Position numbers and translations under genes: made by a program. The notes below the pieces were generated by a model. The model ran no database searches. It worked only from the letters and a program-made list of their open reading frames with translations, and was not told the DNA's origin. Shown one piece after another: positions 21,895 through 31,307 of a DNA stretch of 48,150 bases (its first letter is position 1; the number at the start of each line of letters is the position of its first letter). Source of the stretch: a virus (taxonomy: Duplodnaviria > Caudoviricetes); the IMG/VR virus record IMGVR_UViG_3300020368_000108, positions 1 to 48,150 of that record. One strand, written 5' to 3'.

Positions 21895-22556
21895 TTTTTA
21901 TAAGTTATCAAGAGCCTAATGCAGAAGCAAATTGGAAAGCATTAAAGGAACGTTTCCCAATGGCAAAACGTGTACATGGTGTAAAAGGAATACATCAAGC
22001 ACACATAGAGGCGGCAAACAAATCATTTACTAAAATGTTTTATGCAGTAGACGGTGATGCAGAAATAGTAGATGATTTTAACTTTGATCACAAGGTTTCC
22101 GAGTGGGACTTAGATTGCGTCCATGTATGGCGTAGTAGAAATCCTATAAACAACTTGGAATACGGGTACGGCGGCGTAAAACTATTACCTAAGACTCTCA
22201 CACAAAAGGTTGACGTCACCGTGCCCGACATGACTACAAGCATCAGCAAAAAATTCAAGCCGATGCCTGTGGTCAGCAACATAACAAGATTTGACACAGA
22301 TCCTTTTAATACTTGGAAGAGTGCTTTTAGGGAATGTGTCAAACTTGCAAGTAAAACAATTGATAGACAAGAAGAAGGAGAAACAAATGAAAGACTTAAA
22401 ACTTGGACAACCGTGGGACACGATAGACCTATGGGCAAATACGCTTTGGCAGGCGCTACCGCTGGTATGGAGTTTGGCCTTTCTAGGGGGTCTGATCTTC
22501 GGTTAATAAATGATTGGGAATGGTTACATGAGCAGTATGCAAAATATACCGTTTGA
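21882..22556 (+). CDS. GT-A fold (GT2-like) glycosyltransferase, paralogue of 13538..14437
   Basis: 'FDIIFISYQEPNAEANW...RVHGVKGIHQAH...AVDGD...WKSAFRECVKL'. Confidence 0.6.
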   Translation: MFDIIFISYQEPNAEANWKALKERFPMAKRVHGVKGIHQAHIEAANKSFTKMFYAVDGDAEIVDDFNFDHKVSEWDLDCVHVWRSRNPINNLEYGYGGVKLLPKTLTQKVDVTVPDMTTSISKKFKPMPVVSNITRFDTDPFNTWKSAFRECVKLASKTIDRQEEGETNERLKTWTTVGHDRPMGKYALAGATAGMEFGLSRGSDLRLINDWEWLHEQYAKYTV

Positions 22557-23496
22557 TAAGATTGTCAAACTAGGTCAAAGGACTATGTTGGAAAACAAAT
22601 TGTTTTCTGTGTCCTGGATTCTTGGCCGCTTCTGTAACTATAATTGCAGTTATTGTTGGCCGTATGCAAGAAGCAGTAAAGTTGATCATAGACCATTTGA
22701 AGTTTATACTAATGCTATTGATGAAATAAAACGTCAAGCAAGAGCAAACGGATTTGATAAGTTTCATTTTAGTTTTAGTGGCGGTGAACCTACTGCGTAT
22801 AAAAAGTTTATTGACCTTGTTAAACATTACGAAGATTATGAAAGCAAATATTTAAGTATCCATATGACAAGTAATTGTAGTCCTGCTAAACGTTGGTGGA
22901 CACGTTGGTTAGATGCTACTGACGTAATGGATCGGAGAAGTATTACTGCAAGTTTCCATGCGGAATTTGCCAATGAAAAAGAGTTTGGTGACAAACTTTT
23001 ATATTTACAGGACAATGATGTCCTTGTAACTATCAATCAGGTAATGGTACCTGAACATTGGGAGGAATATTATGAACGAAGTAAACGATTTAGTGATAGG
23101 GGCCTTCATGTTACACTCAAGCCTCAGTCTGATCCTACTGCTAGTTTTGTCGTGGATGGTTATACGAAAATCCAAAAAGAAATACTACAAAACGAAAGTG
23201 TACAAGGAGCCTATCAGGTTGCGTTATATGATGATGCGGGAGTAGAGTATTGGATTGATCAAGCAGAAAGATTAAATGCTTTTGGATTTAATAAATTTAA
23301 AGGTTGGATGTGTAACAGTGGATATCAAAGTTGTATCATAAGAAGCAATGAAGTAAAACGTTCATATAGTTGCCATGATGAACCTTTAGGCACATTAGAC
23401 GAAGGATTTAAACTATTTAAAGCACCAATGCCGTGTATTACTCCGTCCTGTGTTAGTAGTGCAGACAGTAAAATACCAAAGGAAAAGAATGTATAA
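22537..23496 (+). CDS. Radical SAM protein with C-terminal Cys-rich domain
   Basis: CNYNCSYC and SGGEPT motifs. C-terminal C..G...C...C...C. Start uncertain (listed as 22510). Confidence 0.9.
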   Translation: MQNIPFDKIVKLGQRTMLENKLFSVSWILGRFCNYNCSYCWPYARSSKVDHRPFEVYTNAIDEIKRQARANGFDKFHFSFSGGEPTAYKKFIDLVKHYEDYESKYLSIHMTSNCSPAKRWWTRWLDATDVMDRRSITASFHAEFANEKEFGDKLLYLQDNDVLVTINQVMVPEHWEEYYERSKRFSDRGLHVTLKPQSDPTASFVVDGYTKIQKEILQNESVQGAYQVALYDDAGVEYWIDQAERLNAFGFNKFKGWMCNSGYQSCIIRSNEVKRSYSCHDEPLGTLDEGFKLFKAPMPCITPSCVSSADSKIPKEKNV

Positions 23497-24481
23497 TTAT
23501 AAAGATATAAAATCTATACACTTAGAAGTTACATCTAAATGTCAGGCTAGATGTCCTATGTGTCCTAGAAGACTCCAAGGTGGACCTCTTTTGGATAGTT
23601 TATATCTAGAAGAAATTACATTGGACATTTTTAAAGAATGGTTTCCTGTAGAATTTATAAAACAACTTAACCATGTTTATATGTGTGGTAATCTAGGAGA
23701 CCCTATGATTGCTAAAGATACAAATAAAATATTTAGATATATGCGTGAATTGAATCCTGAAATGAGTTTACAAATGCACACTAACGGCAGTGGACGTACT
23801 GACAAGTGGTGGAAGGAGTTGGCAGAACTTAATGTTAAGGTAGTGTTTGGCATAGATGGTTTAGCAGATACACACGCATTGTATAGAATTAACACTGATT
23901 GGAATAAAATTATTAAAAATGCAAAAACGTTTATTAAAGCAGGTGGTGATGCAAGATGGGATATGCTTGTATTCAAACACAATGAACAACAAGTAGATAG
24001 ATGTAAAGAATTAAGTGAAGAATTAGGGTTCAAAGGATTCAGTGTAAAACACACCACAAGATTTAGAGATGGTAAGTTAGATGTAATTGATGATTCATAC
24101 AATGTTACACATACTTTACTGCCATCAAAGAAAAGTTTAGAAATGATTGCACCAGCAAAAGAAGCCGCAGAAGAATTTTTGCCTAGAATCAATTGTAAAG
24201 CAAAACAAGACAATCAAATGTATGTAGGTGCAAATGGAAACATTTCACCATGCTGTTGGTTAGATTTAGATTGGATTCCGCAACACAGTCAAAGTAGAAT
24301 AGATTATATGACAAAGGTTAATACTATTCCTAATTTACAAAAGCAGTCATTAAAAGAAATATTTGATAGTGGGTTTTTTAATAAGATTAGCAGTTGTTGG
24401 ACAACAACTGGTCTAAAAGAATGCAGTCGCCAATGCGGCACGTTCGATAAATTAAACGAACAATTCATAGAAAGGACTTAA
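23489..24481 (+). CDS. Radical SAM protein with C-terminal SPASM-like domain
   Basis: CQARCPMC, GNLGDP and HTNG motifs. C-terminal C...G.ISPCCW...C...C. ATG at 23489 follows AAGGA. Confidence 0.9.
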   Translation: MYNYKDIKSIHLEVTSKCQARCPMCPRRLQGGPLLDSLYLEEITLDIFKEWFPVEFIKQLNHVYMCGNLGDPMIAKDTNKIFRYMRELNPEMSLQMHTNGSGRTDKWWKELAELNVKVVFGIDGLADTHALYRINTDWNKIIKNAKTFIKAGGDARWDMLVFKHNEQQVDRCKELSEELGFKGFSVKHTTRFRDGKLDVIDDSYNVTHTLLPSKKSLEMIAPAKEAAEEFLPRINCKAKQDNQMYVGANGNISPCCWLDLDWIPQHSQSRIDYMTKVNTIPNLQKQSLKEIFDSGFFNKISSCWTTTGLKECSRQCGTFDKLNEQFIERT

Positions 24482-24482
24482 G

Positions 24483-24776
24483 ATGTTATTTTGGATTGGA
24501 TTTATGACAATGGTGTTAAATGAAGGCTTTGTAATAATGCGTCATGTACACCCGTGGTTTGCACGTAAAAGAGAAGCACTAATGGCCAAGTATGGAAGTA
24601 ATTGGAAACGTTTTCATGCTACATTAGATTATGTATGGATAGGTGGAGTTTCAATAGGTATATTAATTGATTTAGAAAACTGGAAATTGTATGCAACAGT
24701 TTTATTAGTGTTCTGGAGTTTAGTTGGAATATTTGTTTATCTACCATTATTAATTAAAAAAATAAGGAAAACATGA
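24483..24776 (+). CDS. Small membrane protein
   Basis: 97 aa with about 3 hydrophobic segments. AAGGA RBS. Confidence 0.6.
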   Translation: MLFWIGFMTMVLNEGFVIMRHVHPWFARKREALMAKYGSNWKRFHATLDYVWIGGVSIGILIDLENWKLYATVLLVFWSLVGIFVYLPLLIKKIRKT

Positions 24777-25180
24777 AACCATTAAGAACGTTATTAGCAA
24801 TATATGTACTGTTTCTTGTTATAGTGATTATAACATACAAAGATGCAAATGCAATAGAACTATCAAAGTATTACAAAGAACCATTGACAGAAACAGATAA
24901 AAAAGGTATAATTGCTTTTAATATGTTACAAACAATAGATATGTTGCAAACTTTAGAAATAGCAAATAACGATGATTACTATGAAAAGAATCCTATACTA
25001 GGAAAACATCCAAATGAGTTTCAAGTAATTACTTACTTCATTGTTCGAGGTTTTGCACACTATGAGGCAACAAAGATGATCCCATTGAAATATAGAAACG
25101 TTTGGCATACGTATAATATTGTTTACAATTATGATGTTATTAGGGATAATCATAACATAGGAATAAGGATAGAATTTTAA
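24773..25180 (+). CDS. Hypothetical membrane/exported protein
   Basis: N-terminal hydrophobic helix and 'D..QT...YYEKNPILG' motif. ATGA overlap with the upstream gene. Confidence 0.55.
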   Translation: MKPLRTLLAIYVLFLVIVIITYKDANAIELSKYYKEPLTETDKKGIIAFNMLQTIDMLQTLEIANNDDYYEKNPILGKHPNEFQVITYFIVRGFAHYEATKMIPLKYRNVWHTYNIVYNYDVIRDNHNIGIRIEF

Positions 25181-25455
25181 TGAACACTATTATAAAATTT
25201 TGGAAGGATAGTTATACAAGTCATCCACTTGCATTTTGGTTTGAAATGGTGAGTGCCATCACTGTTATCATAGGAAGTGGAATATTAACATATACAGTAC
25301 TTGCACCAAGACCAGATTTGTTTATACCTTTTTATTGGGTAGGCAGTACCACTGGGTTCATAGGAGCATATTATAGAATGAGTGCATGGGTAATGGTGTT
25401 GACGTTTTGGTTCACGACAATGAATACAATAGCATTGTGGAGATTGTTTGTATGA
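25180..25455 (+). CDS. Small membrane protein
   Basis: 91 aa with about 3 hydrophobic segments. TAATG coupling. Confidence 0.6.
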   Translation: MNTIIKFWKDSYTSHPLAFWFEMVSAITVIIGSGILTYTVLAPRPDLFIPFYWVGSTTGFIGAYYRMSAWVMVLTFWFTTMNTIALWRLFV

Positions 25456-26057
25456 AGATAGATATACAAGATATTAAGTTTTGGGCCGACGGCATAAGAA
25501 ACAGTGATGATAGAGATCGTGTACTAGAATGTTTCTGGGGAGGTCAATTAAACAGTAAGGCATGGTTAATAGAACAAGTTGCACATCATTGTAATGTTAA
25601 AAATGCAAAACTTGTAGTGTATGGTGGTTGGTATGGCGTATTATCAACAATGTTGTTTAACAGTTCATTGGGTATAAAACATATTACAAGTGTTGACATT
25701 GATCCTAAATGTGAAGAAATTGCAAACACAATGAATAAACGTTATGAGATGGAAGGAAGATTCAAGGCAGTCACAGGTGATATGTGTACTCATAAGCCTG
25801 ATAATGATACTTACATGGTAATTAATACTAGTTGTGAACACATAACACAGGAACAATACAATACTTGGTTATCAAACATACCAAATGATGTTTACGTGGT
25901 TTTACAGAGTAATAATTTTAAAGAACATGAAGAACACGTGAATTGTATGAGCGACCTAGGAGAATTTAAACGCAAGTCAAAACTGAAAGTAGACTTGGAA
26001 GAAGAATTAGAATTACCTAAATATAAAAGGTTTTTAATTTGCGGAAGGAAAAGATGA
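25452..26057 (+). CDS. Class I SAM-dependent methyltransferase-like protein
   Basis: 'VVYGGWYG' (motif I), 'SVDID' (motif II), 'TGDM' and 'INTSCEH'. Start placed at the ATGA overlap at 25452. Confidence 0.7.
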   Translation: MKIDIQDIKFWADGIRNSDDRDRVLECFWGGQLNSKAWLIEQVAHHCNVKNAKLVVYGGWYGVLSTMLFNSSLGIKHITSVDIDPKCEEIANTMNKRYEMEGRFKAVTGDMCTHKPDNDTYMVINTSCEHITQEQYNTWLSNIPNDVYVVLQSNNFKEHEEHVNCMSDLGEFKRKSKLKVDLEEELELPKYKRFLICGRKR

Positions 26058-26200
26058 AAGTAATTTATGTAAAAGAAGACCACATATCTTGCACAGGCGA
26101 GAATGATGATCATCCTAAAGTGTATTATACTTTAAAAAATGGTGAAGCAATATGTGGTTACTGCAACATAAAATTTATATTGAAGAAAGATAATGAGTAA
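26054..26200 (+). CDS. zf-CHCC zinc-finger protein (NDUFS6/complex I accessory subunit-like), not in the ORF track
   Basis: My translation: MKVIYVKEDHISCTGENDDHPKVYYTLKNGEAICGYCNIKFILKKDNE*. It has the C-x-G...HP-x-VY...CxxC pattern, a GGAAGG RBS and overlaps with both neighbours. Confidence 0.75.
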   Translation: MKVIYVKEDHISCTGENDDHPKVYYTLKNGEAICGYCNIKFILKKDNE

Positions 26201-27503
26201 AACATTTTGCCCACTACCCTGGATACATTTAGCCACGCGACCTAACGGTGATGTTAGAGTGTGTTGTACTGCTAATGCCAGTGGTGCAGGTATCACAGAT
26301 GAGAAAGAAGCAGGACTTGTAAAGGAAGATGGTGTTGCGATGAACTTGCGTGACCATACAATAGAACAAGTGTTTAATAGTAGCCATATGCGTAGAACAA
26401 GATTGCAGATGATTGCTGGAGAAGTACCTGCAAGTTGCGTAAAATGTTTTGAAGAAGAAGCCAAAGGTATAGTAAGCAAACGTCAATGGGAAACTAGGGA
26501 ATGGGCACAACGTCTTGATTTACAAAAACTTGTAAAACAAACAAAAGAAGATGGTACTGCACCTGTTAGTATTCCTTACTTTGATTTGCGTTTAGGTAAC
26601 CTATGTCAACTTAAATGCGTTATGTGTAGTCCACATGACAGTTCAAGTTGGATTAAGGAGTGGAAACTACAATATCCACAGTACAAGAATGAAGAACTTG
26701 TAAGAGACCAAGGTTGGAATGAAGAATTTGATTATACTTGGTACAAGAAAGGATCTTTTATAGATTCAATGAAGCACCAAGCATTCAACATACAAGAACT
26801 TTATTTTGCAGGAGGAGAGCCTCTGCTTATACCTGAACATTATAAGATACTAGAGTTTATGGTTGACGAAGGTTATGCACAAGACTGTAACTTAAGATAC
26901 AATTCTAATGGATTAGAGTTACCAGATAAACTATTTGACCTATGGCAACATTTTAAAGAAGTACGTTTTAATTTTAGCATAGATGCTTATGGTGAACGTA
27001 ATGAATATATTAGATATCCTAGTAAATGGAAAGACATAGAAAAGAATTTGAAGAGACTTGATGAGAATACTAAAGACAACACAGTGATTAATATCGCCTG
27101 TGCGGTTCAATTACTTAATGCAGGATACATAGGAGAACTAGCAGAATGGAAAATGGACCAAGGATTCAGTAAGATTAACCCATCAATGTTTGGTGGTGGC
27201 ATAATAGGTACGCATTTAGTTTACTTACCATCATACTTAAATGTAAAAGTTTTACCCCATAAAGCAAAACTGTGGGTAAAAGACAAGTTAGAAACTTTTA
27301 TCGATAGACAAAAGTTTAACTTAGAGTTCAACCAGCACCCTTATGGTGCTCAACGTTGGCATGGACTCATAAAATATATGATGCAAGAGGATTGGAGTAG
27401 CAAACTTCCTGCTATGCGTGAATATTTAACTGTAACTGACGAAAGGAGAGGTACAGATTATACTAAAACCTTTAAAGAATTAGGAGAATTAATAAATGAA
27501 TAA
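26193..27503 (+). CDS. Radical SAM protein with N-terminal SPASM/twitch-like domain
   Basis: FCPLPWIH...VCC...CVKC precedes 'DLRLGNLCQLKCVMC'. AGGEP and YNSNG motifs. Confidence 0.92.
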   Translation: MSKTFCPLPWIHLATRPNGDVRVCCTANASGAGITDEKEAGLVKEDGVAMNLRDHTIEQVFNSSHMRRTRLQMIAGEVPASCVKCFEEEAKGIVSKRQWETREWAQRLDLQKLVKQTKEDGTAPVSIPYFDLRLGNLCQLKCVMCSPHDSSSWIKEWKLQYPQYKNEELVRDQGWNEEFDYTWYKKGSFIDSMKHQAFNIQELYFAGGEPLLIPEHYKILEFMVDEGYAQDCNLRYNSNGLELPDKLFDLWQHFKEVRFNFSIDAYGERNEYIRYPSKWKDIEKNLKRLDENTKDNTVINIACAVQLLNAGYIGELAEWKMDQGFSKINPSMFGGGIIGTHLVYLPSYLNVKVLPHKAKLWVKDKLETFIDRQKFNLEFNQHPYGAQRWHGLIKYMMQEDWSSKLPAMREYLTVTDERRGTDYTKTFKELGELINE

Positions 27504-28143
27504 AACTGAACGTGCTTTAATATGGAATACCCTGTGCAATATGGGTGACACCATAAAACTTAAATGGAAAATTAACGAACATGAGGTTCTTGAGCAGTTA
27601 GAACAGTTTAAAGACAACTGGTGTCCGTATAATGTAAAAAAAGACGCTAATAATAACCGTTGGGGATTGCCTATTACAAGTCATAGTGGAGATGTAATGG
27701 ACAATTATCATTTGAATAGTTTTGGTTATATGCAAAAATACCATGACGTAGAAATGAAAGAAGAAAACTTTACAACTCCAACAGAAGTTTATAACAAGAT
27801 ACCTGAATTAGCAAAACTCGTTGATGCTTTTTCACCTGATATAGGTAGGGTACACCTGTTAAGAGTAGATCAAGGTGGATTCTTTCCGCCACACAGAGAC
27901 TTTCCTGGTGTAGGACCAGAATGGATGCGTCTACTTCTTGTGTTTGGAAAATGTAAACCAGAGAACTTTGTTCATATGCTAGATGGTAAACCAATGTATC
28001 CAGATCCTGGTTATCTATATTTTGTTAACTTTCAAAAAGATCATAGTGTGTTTAGTTTCAGTGATGGACTATATGCATTAATACTAACCTGTAAAGTAAA
28101 TGATAGGGTACATGATCTGATTATTAACAACTCGATGAACTAA
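27496..28143 (+). CDS. AspH-like Fe(II)/2OG oxygenase
   Basis: 'GRVHLLRV..GGFFPPHRD' followed by 'YFVN..KDHSVFS'. Confidence 0.7.
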   Translation: MNKTERALIWNTLCNMGDTIKLKWKINEHEVLEQLEQFKDNWCPYNVKKDANNNRWGLPITSHSGDVMDNYHLNSFGYMQKYHDVEMKEENFTTPTEVYNKIPELAKLVDAFSPDIGRVHLLRVDQGGFFPPHRDFPGVGPEWMRLLLVFGKCKPENFVHMLDGKPMYPDPGYLYFVNFQKDHSVFSFSDGLYALILTCKVNDRVHDLIINNSMN

Positions 28144-29054
28144 TGAAGATAAGTTATGCAAATCCCGACAAAGAAAATTGGTTCTTAGTCAGTTGGGCGT
28201 TATCAAATAAGTGTAATTACCGTTGCACTTATTGTCCAGACTTTTTGCATAACGGTTCTAGTGGACAACCTAAATGGGAAGTTGTTGAAAATTTTATTAG
28301 AAGTTTAAAAATAAAAGATAAAGAAATTTGTTACAGGGTAACAGGAGGTGAACCTACCTTCTGGAAACGTTTTATTGACATGGCTAAACTTGTAAAGGAA
28401 GAAGGCCATACATTTAGTTTCATTACCAATGGCAGTCAGAGTGTAGACTATTATAAAAAGATTGATCCTTATACCGACGGAATGATAATAAGTTATCATC
28501 ATGCTTATGCTGATGTACAAAAATTTATAGATATTGCAAATAATACAAAAATGGAAATTGCAGTAAATTTAATGATGCCTAATGATATTGAAGGTTTCAA
28601 AGATGCACAAAAAGTTGCTTCTACATTGTATGATAACACAGATAGATTAGCAGTATGGCCTAAAATTATTTTAGACAAAACAAGCGGTGAAAATATTACA
28701 AACGAAGTAAGTGTTTACACAGAAGAACAAAAAGAAATTATTAGCAAATGGCCTTACTTTCGTAAACTAGATGATAGCCATCTGCATAGAGGAGATATCT
28801 TTTACAATGAAAGAAAGATTGATGCAAATGAATTAATTGTAGAAGGATTGAACAAACACAAAGGTTGGAAGTGTTGGGCAGGACTTGATATGATCTACAT
28901 AGAATGGGGTAAGATATATAGGGCAGAATGTATGCAAGGTGGATTAATTGGAACATTGGAAGACTTTATATTGCCCCAAAATACAGTAATCTGTAATAAA
29001 AAACTTTGTGGATGTTTGAGTGATATCTATCTAAGAAAAGAGACAGTAGCATGA
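28143..29054 (+). CDS. Radical SAM protein with C-terminal Cys-rich domain
   Basis: CNYRCTYC, TGGEPT and ITNGS motifs. C-terminal CWAG...C...C...CGC..D resembles 22537..23496. Confidence 0.9.
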   Translation: MKISYANPDKENWFLVSWALSNKCNYRCTYCPDFLHNGSSGQPKWEVVENFIRSLKIKDKEICYRVTGGEPTFWKRFIDMAKLVKEEGHTFSFITNGSQSVDYYKKIDPYTDGMIISYHHAYADVQKFIDIANNTKMEIAVNLMMPNDIEGFKDAQKVASTLYDNTDRLAVWPKIILDKTSGENITNEVSVYTEEQKEIISKWPYFRKLDDSHLHRGDIFYNERKIDANELIVEGLNKHKGWKCWAGLDMIYIEWGKIYRAECMQGGLIGTLEDFILPQNTVICNKKLCGCLSDIYLRKETVA

Positions 29055-30169
29055 TAAAATGTTTAGCACCATGGCATAGTATTTTGGTACGTTTTAATGG
29101 TGACATAGTACCCGACGGAGTGTATAGAAAACGTTATGGTAACGTGCTAGAATCACCTTTAAACACCGTGTTAAACAGCATTACAGCGTCACACACACGT
29201 GAATCTTTCATACAGGGCCACTTACCGCCCGAGTGCGAATCATGTGCTTTAAAAGAAGCCTCTGTGGGTCATAGCAGACGTAAATTCTTTAAGGATATTT
29301 TGAATCCAATGTTGGAAAATACCAATTATTCATATACCAAAACCTTCAACGACATAATGTTTTTGGAATTTAACATGAGCAATATATGTAATCTAAAGTG
29401 TCGTATGTGCAATGGTATTAGTTCTAGTGCTTGGGTCAAAGATGAATTAAAACTTGCCAAAATGAATAAGGATTTTCAACGCCCAGTTGACAACCCAGAA
29501 TTTGGTTACACAAACAAGAGTGAACAAATTATTGAAAGACTGTTTGAGGATCCAACACCGTTTAAGAACTTACGTTATCTAAGTATCAAAGGTGGAGAAC
29601 CTTACATGGAACCTGCAAACAAAACCATACTTAAAAAATTTATTGACCTCGGAGTAGCAAAACACGTAACACTTGATTGGACGACCAATGGTACAATGGT
29701 AGATGAAGAAGTGCATGAACTTGCAAAACAGTACGGGCATACCAAATGGACAGTAAGTTTAGAAGGAACCGATAGTTTATATGAATATATTAGGGGCGGA
29801 AAAAATTTTACGTTTGATCAACTCAATGATAATTTAAAACAATACGATTTTGATAGAATTATTATAGCAGTTACTATCATGGCATACAACATTGCACATC
29901 TTGAAAAAATACAGCAATGGTTTGATAAAAATAAAAAACATAATTGGGACATATACTTTAAAAATGTTGTTACTACTCCTTGGTATCTTAATCCACGTGT
30001 ACTTCCAAACGAAATATTAGATAAGATTACATTTAAATTTCCACATATAAATTATAGTAACAATGGATCTAATGTAAACACATTTGTAAATTATACAAAA
30101 GACTTAGATAAAATTAGAAATACAGATGTGTTAGAAGTTTGTCCTGAACTAGATAGTTTGTTTATATAA
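29051..30169 (+). CDS. Radical SAM protein with N-terminal SPASM/twitch-like domain
   Basis: CLAPW...CESC precedes 'SNICNLKCRMC'. KGGEP and TTNG motifs. Confidence 0.9.
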   Translation: MIKCLAPWHSILVRFNGDIVPDGVYRKRYGNVLESPLNTVLNSITASHTRESFIQGHLPPECESCALKEASVGHSRRKFFKDILNPMLENTNYSYTKTFNDIMFLEFNMSNICNLKCRMCNGISSSAWVKDELKLAKMNKDFQRPVDNPEFGYTNKSEQIIERLFEDPTPFKNLRYLSIKGGEPYMEPANKTILKKFIDLGVAKHVTLDWTTNGTMVDEEVHELAKQYGHTKWTVSLEGTDSLYEYIRGGKNFTFDQLNDNLKQYDFDRIIIAVTIMAYNIAHLEKIQQWFDKNKKHNWDIYFKNVVTTPWYLNPRVLPNEILDKITFKFPHINYSNNGSNVNTFVNYTKDLDKIRNTDVLEVCPELDSLFI

Positions 30170-31307
30170 GTTTTTCATTTACAATTTGTAAATTACGATC
30201 ATATATACAAAGTTTGTGTGATTTAGTTGTAAGGTCAACTTTAATTACATAAATGTAACCATCGAATACAATTGGCCTTCCGAACAATACATTTCTTTCC
30301 TGTAATTCATTTGTAATTTGTCCTTGTTCATTGATTACTAGTATAGGACAAGCAGGTGTGCCTGCAGGAAAGAAGTATGCTTCGTCAAAATATTTAATTC
30401 CGCTTCTAAATCTGTATTTTCCACCAAAACTTTGGTTAATTTTGAACTGTTCTGACTCTCCAGAATCGGTGTCAAATTTAAGGCCTAAATTACTGTCGTT
30501 AGAATGTTCATCACCGTAAGGTAGTGCAATGACGGTTTTTCCGAGTAGGACCCCTGCGTTATATTTTTTAGCAAAGTCTACACCTTGTAGGTTATGTACT
30601 GCAAAATTATTGCTAACAGTATCAAACTCTATGACTGCATTCATACCTTGTGTTTCACCAAAGGGTAAAGCATACAGTTTGTTGCCTACAACAATGCAGT
30701 CAGTAAACTTACGTGTGATGTTTTTGTTTATGTACGGTACTTCATACTCTTGTATAGTGTTGCCATCAAAACTTAACAGTTTGTCGTATCCTTGCTCGTC
30801 TCCGCGAGGCATTGAAAAATAACGGTCATTACACCAAACAGTGCCCATGTGCAACTTAAGGCCCCGCTGTTCAAGATCTACTATTTTTACCTGACCGTCT
30901 CGAATGTAGAGAGCCTGACTCTCATCAGTATATCCAAGAGGAAAACTGAATGCCGAGTCGCCATTTGATGCTATACTATAATACTGTCCTTTGGAGGAAA
31001 TGTCAAGTGGAAAATAATTTATTTTATCTTTTGTTACTTCAACTACCTTGCCTAACTTATCATATATCGCATAAGGTACAATCCATAAACTTTCTCCTAC
31101 GTTTGCAACTGCATTTGTTTTACTTGTTGCCTCAGGCAAATTTAAATTCATAAAATGTGTTTGCCCTTTGTCTAAAAACATAAGGCTAGAATAATCCCTA
31201 CATTTTTCAGTAGCAAAAGGTGGACTGACCAAAGTTCCATTCCAATCGTGTAAGATTAAATGTTTTATGTCTTCTTCTTTATAATAATCTTCAAATGCTT
31301 TATACAT
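30162..31307 (-). CDS. Putative beta-propeller repeat protein
   Basis: Recurring ~45-50 aa unit containing 'hY-x-hP(Y/F)G' (IVPYA, SFPLG, SMPRG, ALPFG, ALPYG, FFPAG). Confidence 0.55.
   Translation of the reverse strand: MYKAFEDYYKEEDIKHLILHDWNGTLVSPPFATEKCRDYSSLMFLDKGQTHFMNLNLPEATSKTNAVANVGESLWIVPYAIYDKLGKVVEVTKDKINYFPLDISSKGQYYSIASNGDSAFSFPLGYTDESQALYIRDGQVKIVDLEQRGLKLHMGTVWCNDRYFSMPRGDEQGYDKLLSFDGNTIQEYEVPYINKNITRKFTDCIVVGNKLYALPFGETQGMNAVIEFDTVSNNFAVHNLQGVDFAKKYNAGVLLGKTVIALPYGDEHSNDSNLGLKFDTDSGESEQFKINQSFGGKYRFRSGIKYFDEAYFFPAGTPACPILVINEQGQITNELQERNVLFGRPIVFDGYIYVIKVDLTTKSHKLCIYDRNLQIVNEKLI

Noticed and set aside
22081-22500. Locally higher GC patch within the GT2-like gene (similar patch near 30780-30960)
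   Set aside because: Reading frames are intact and I found no boundaries, repeats or RNA structure. I cannot quantify it without computation.
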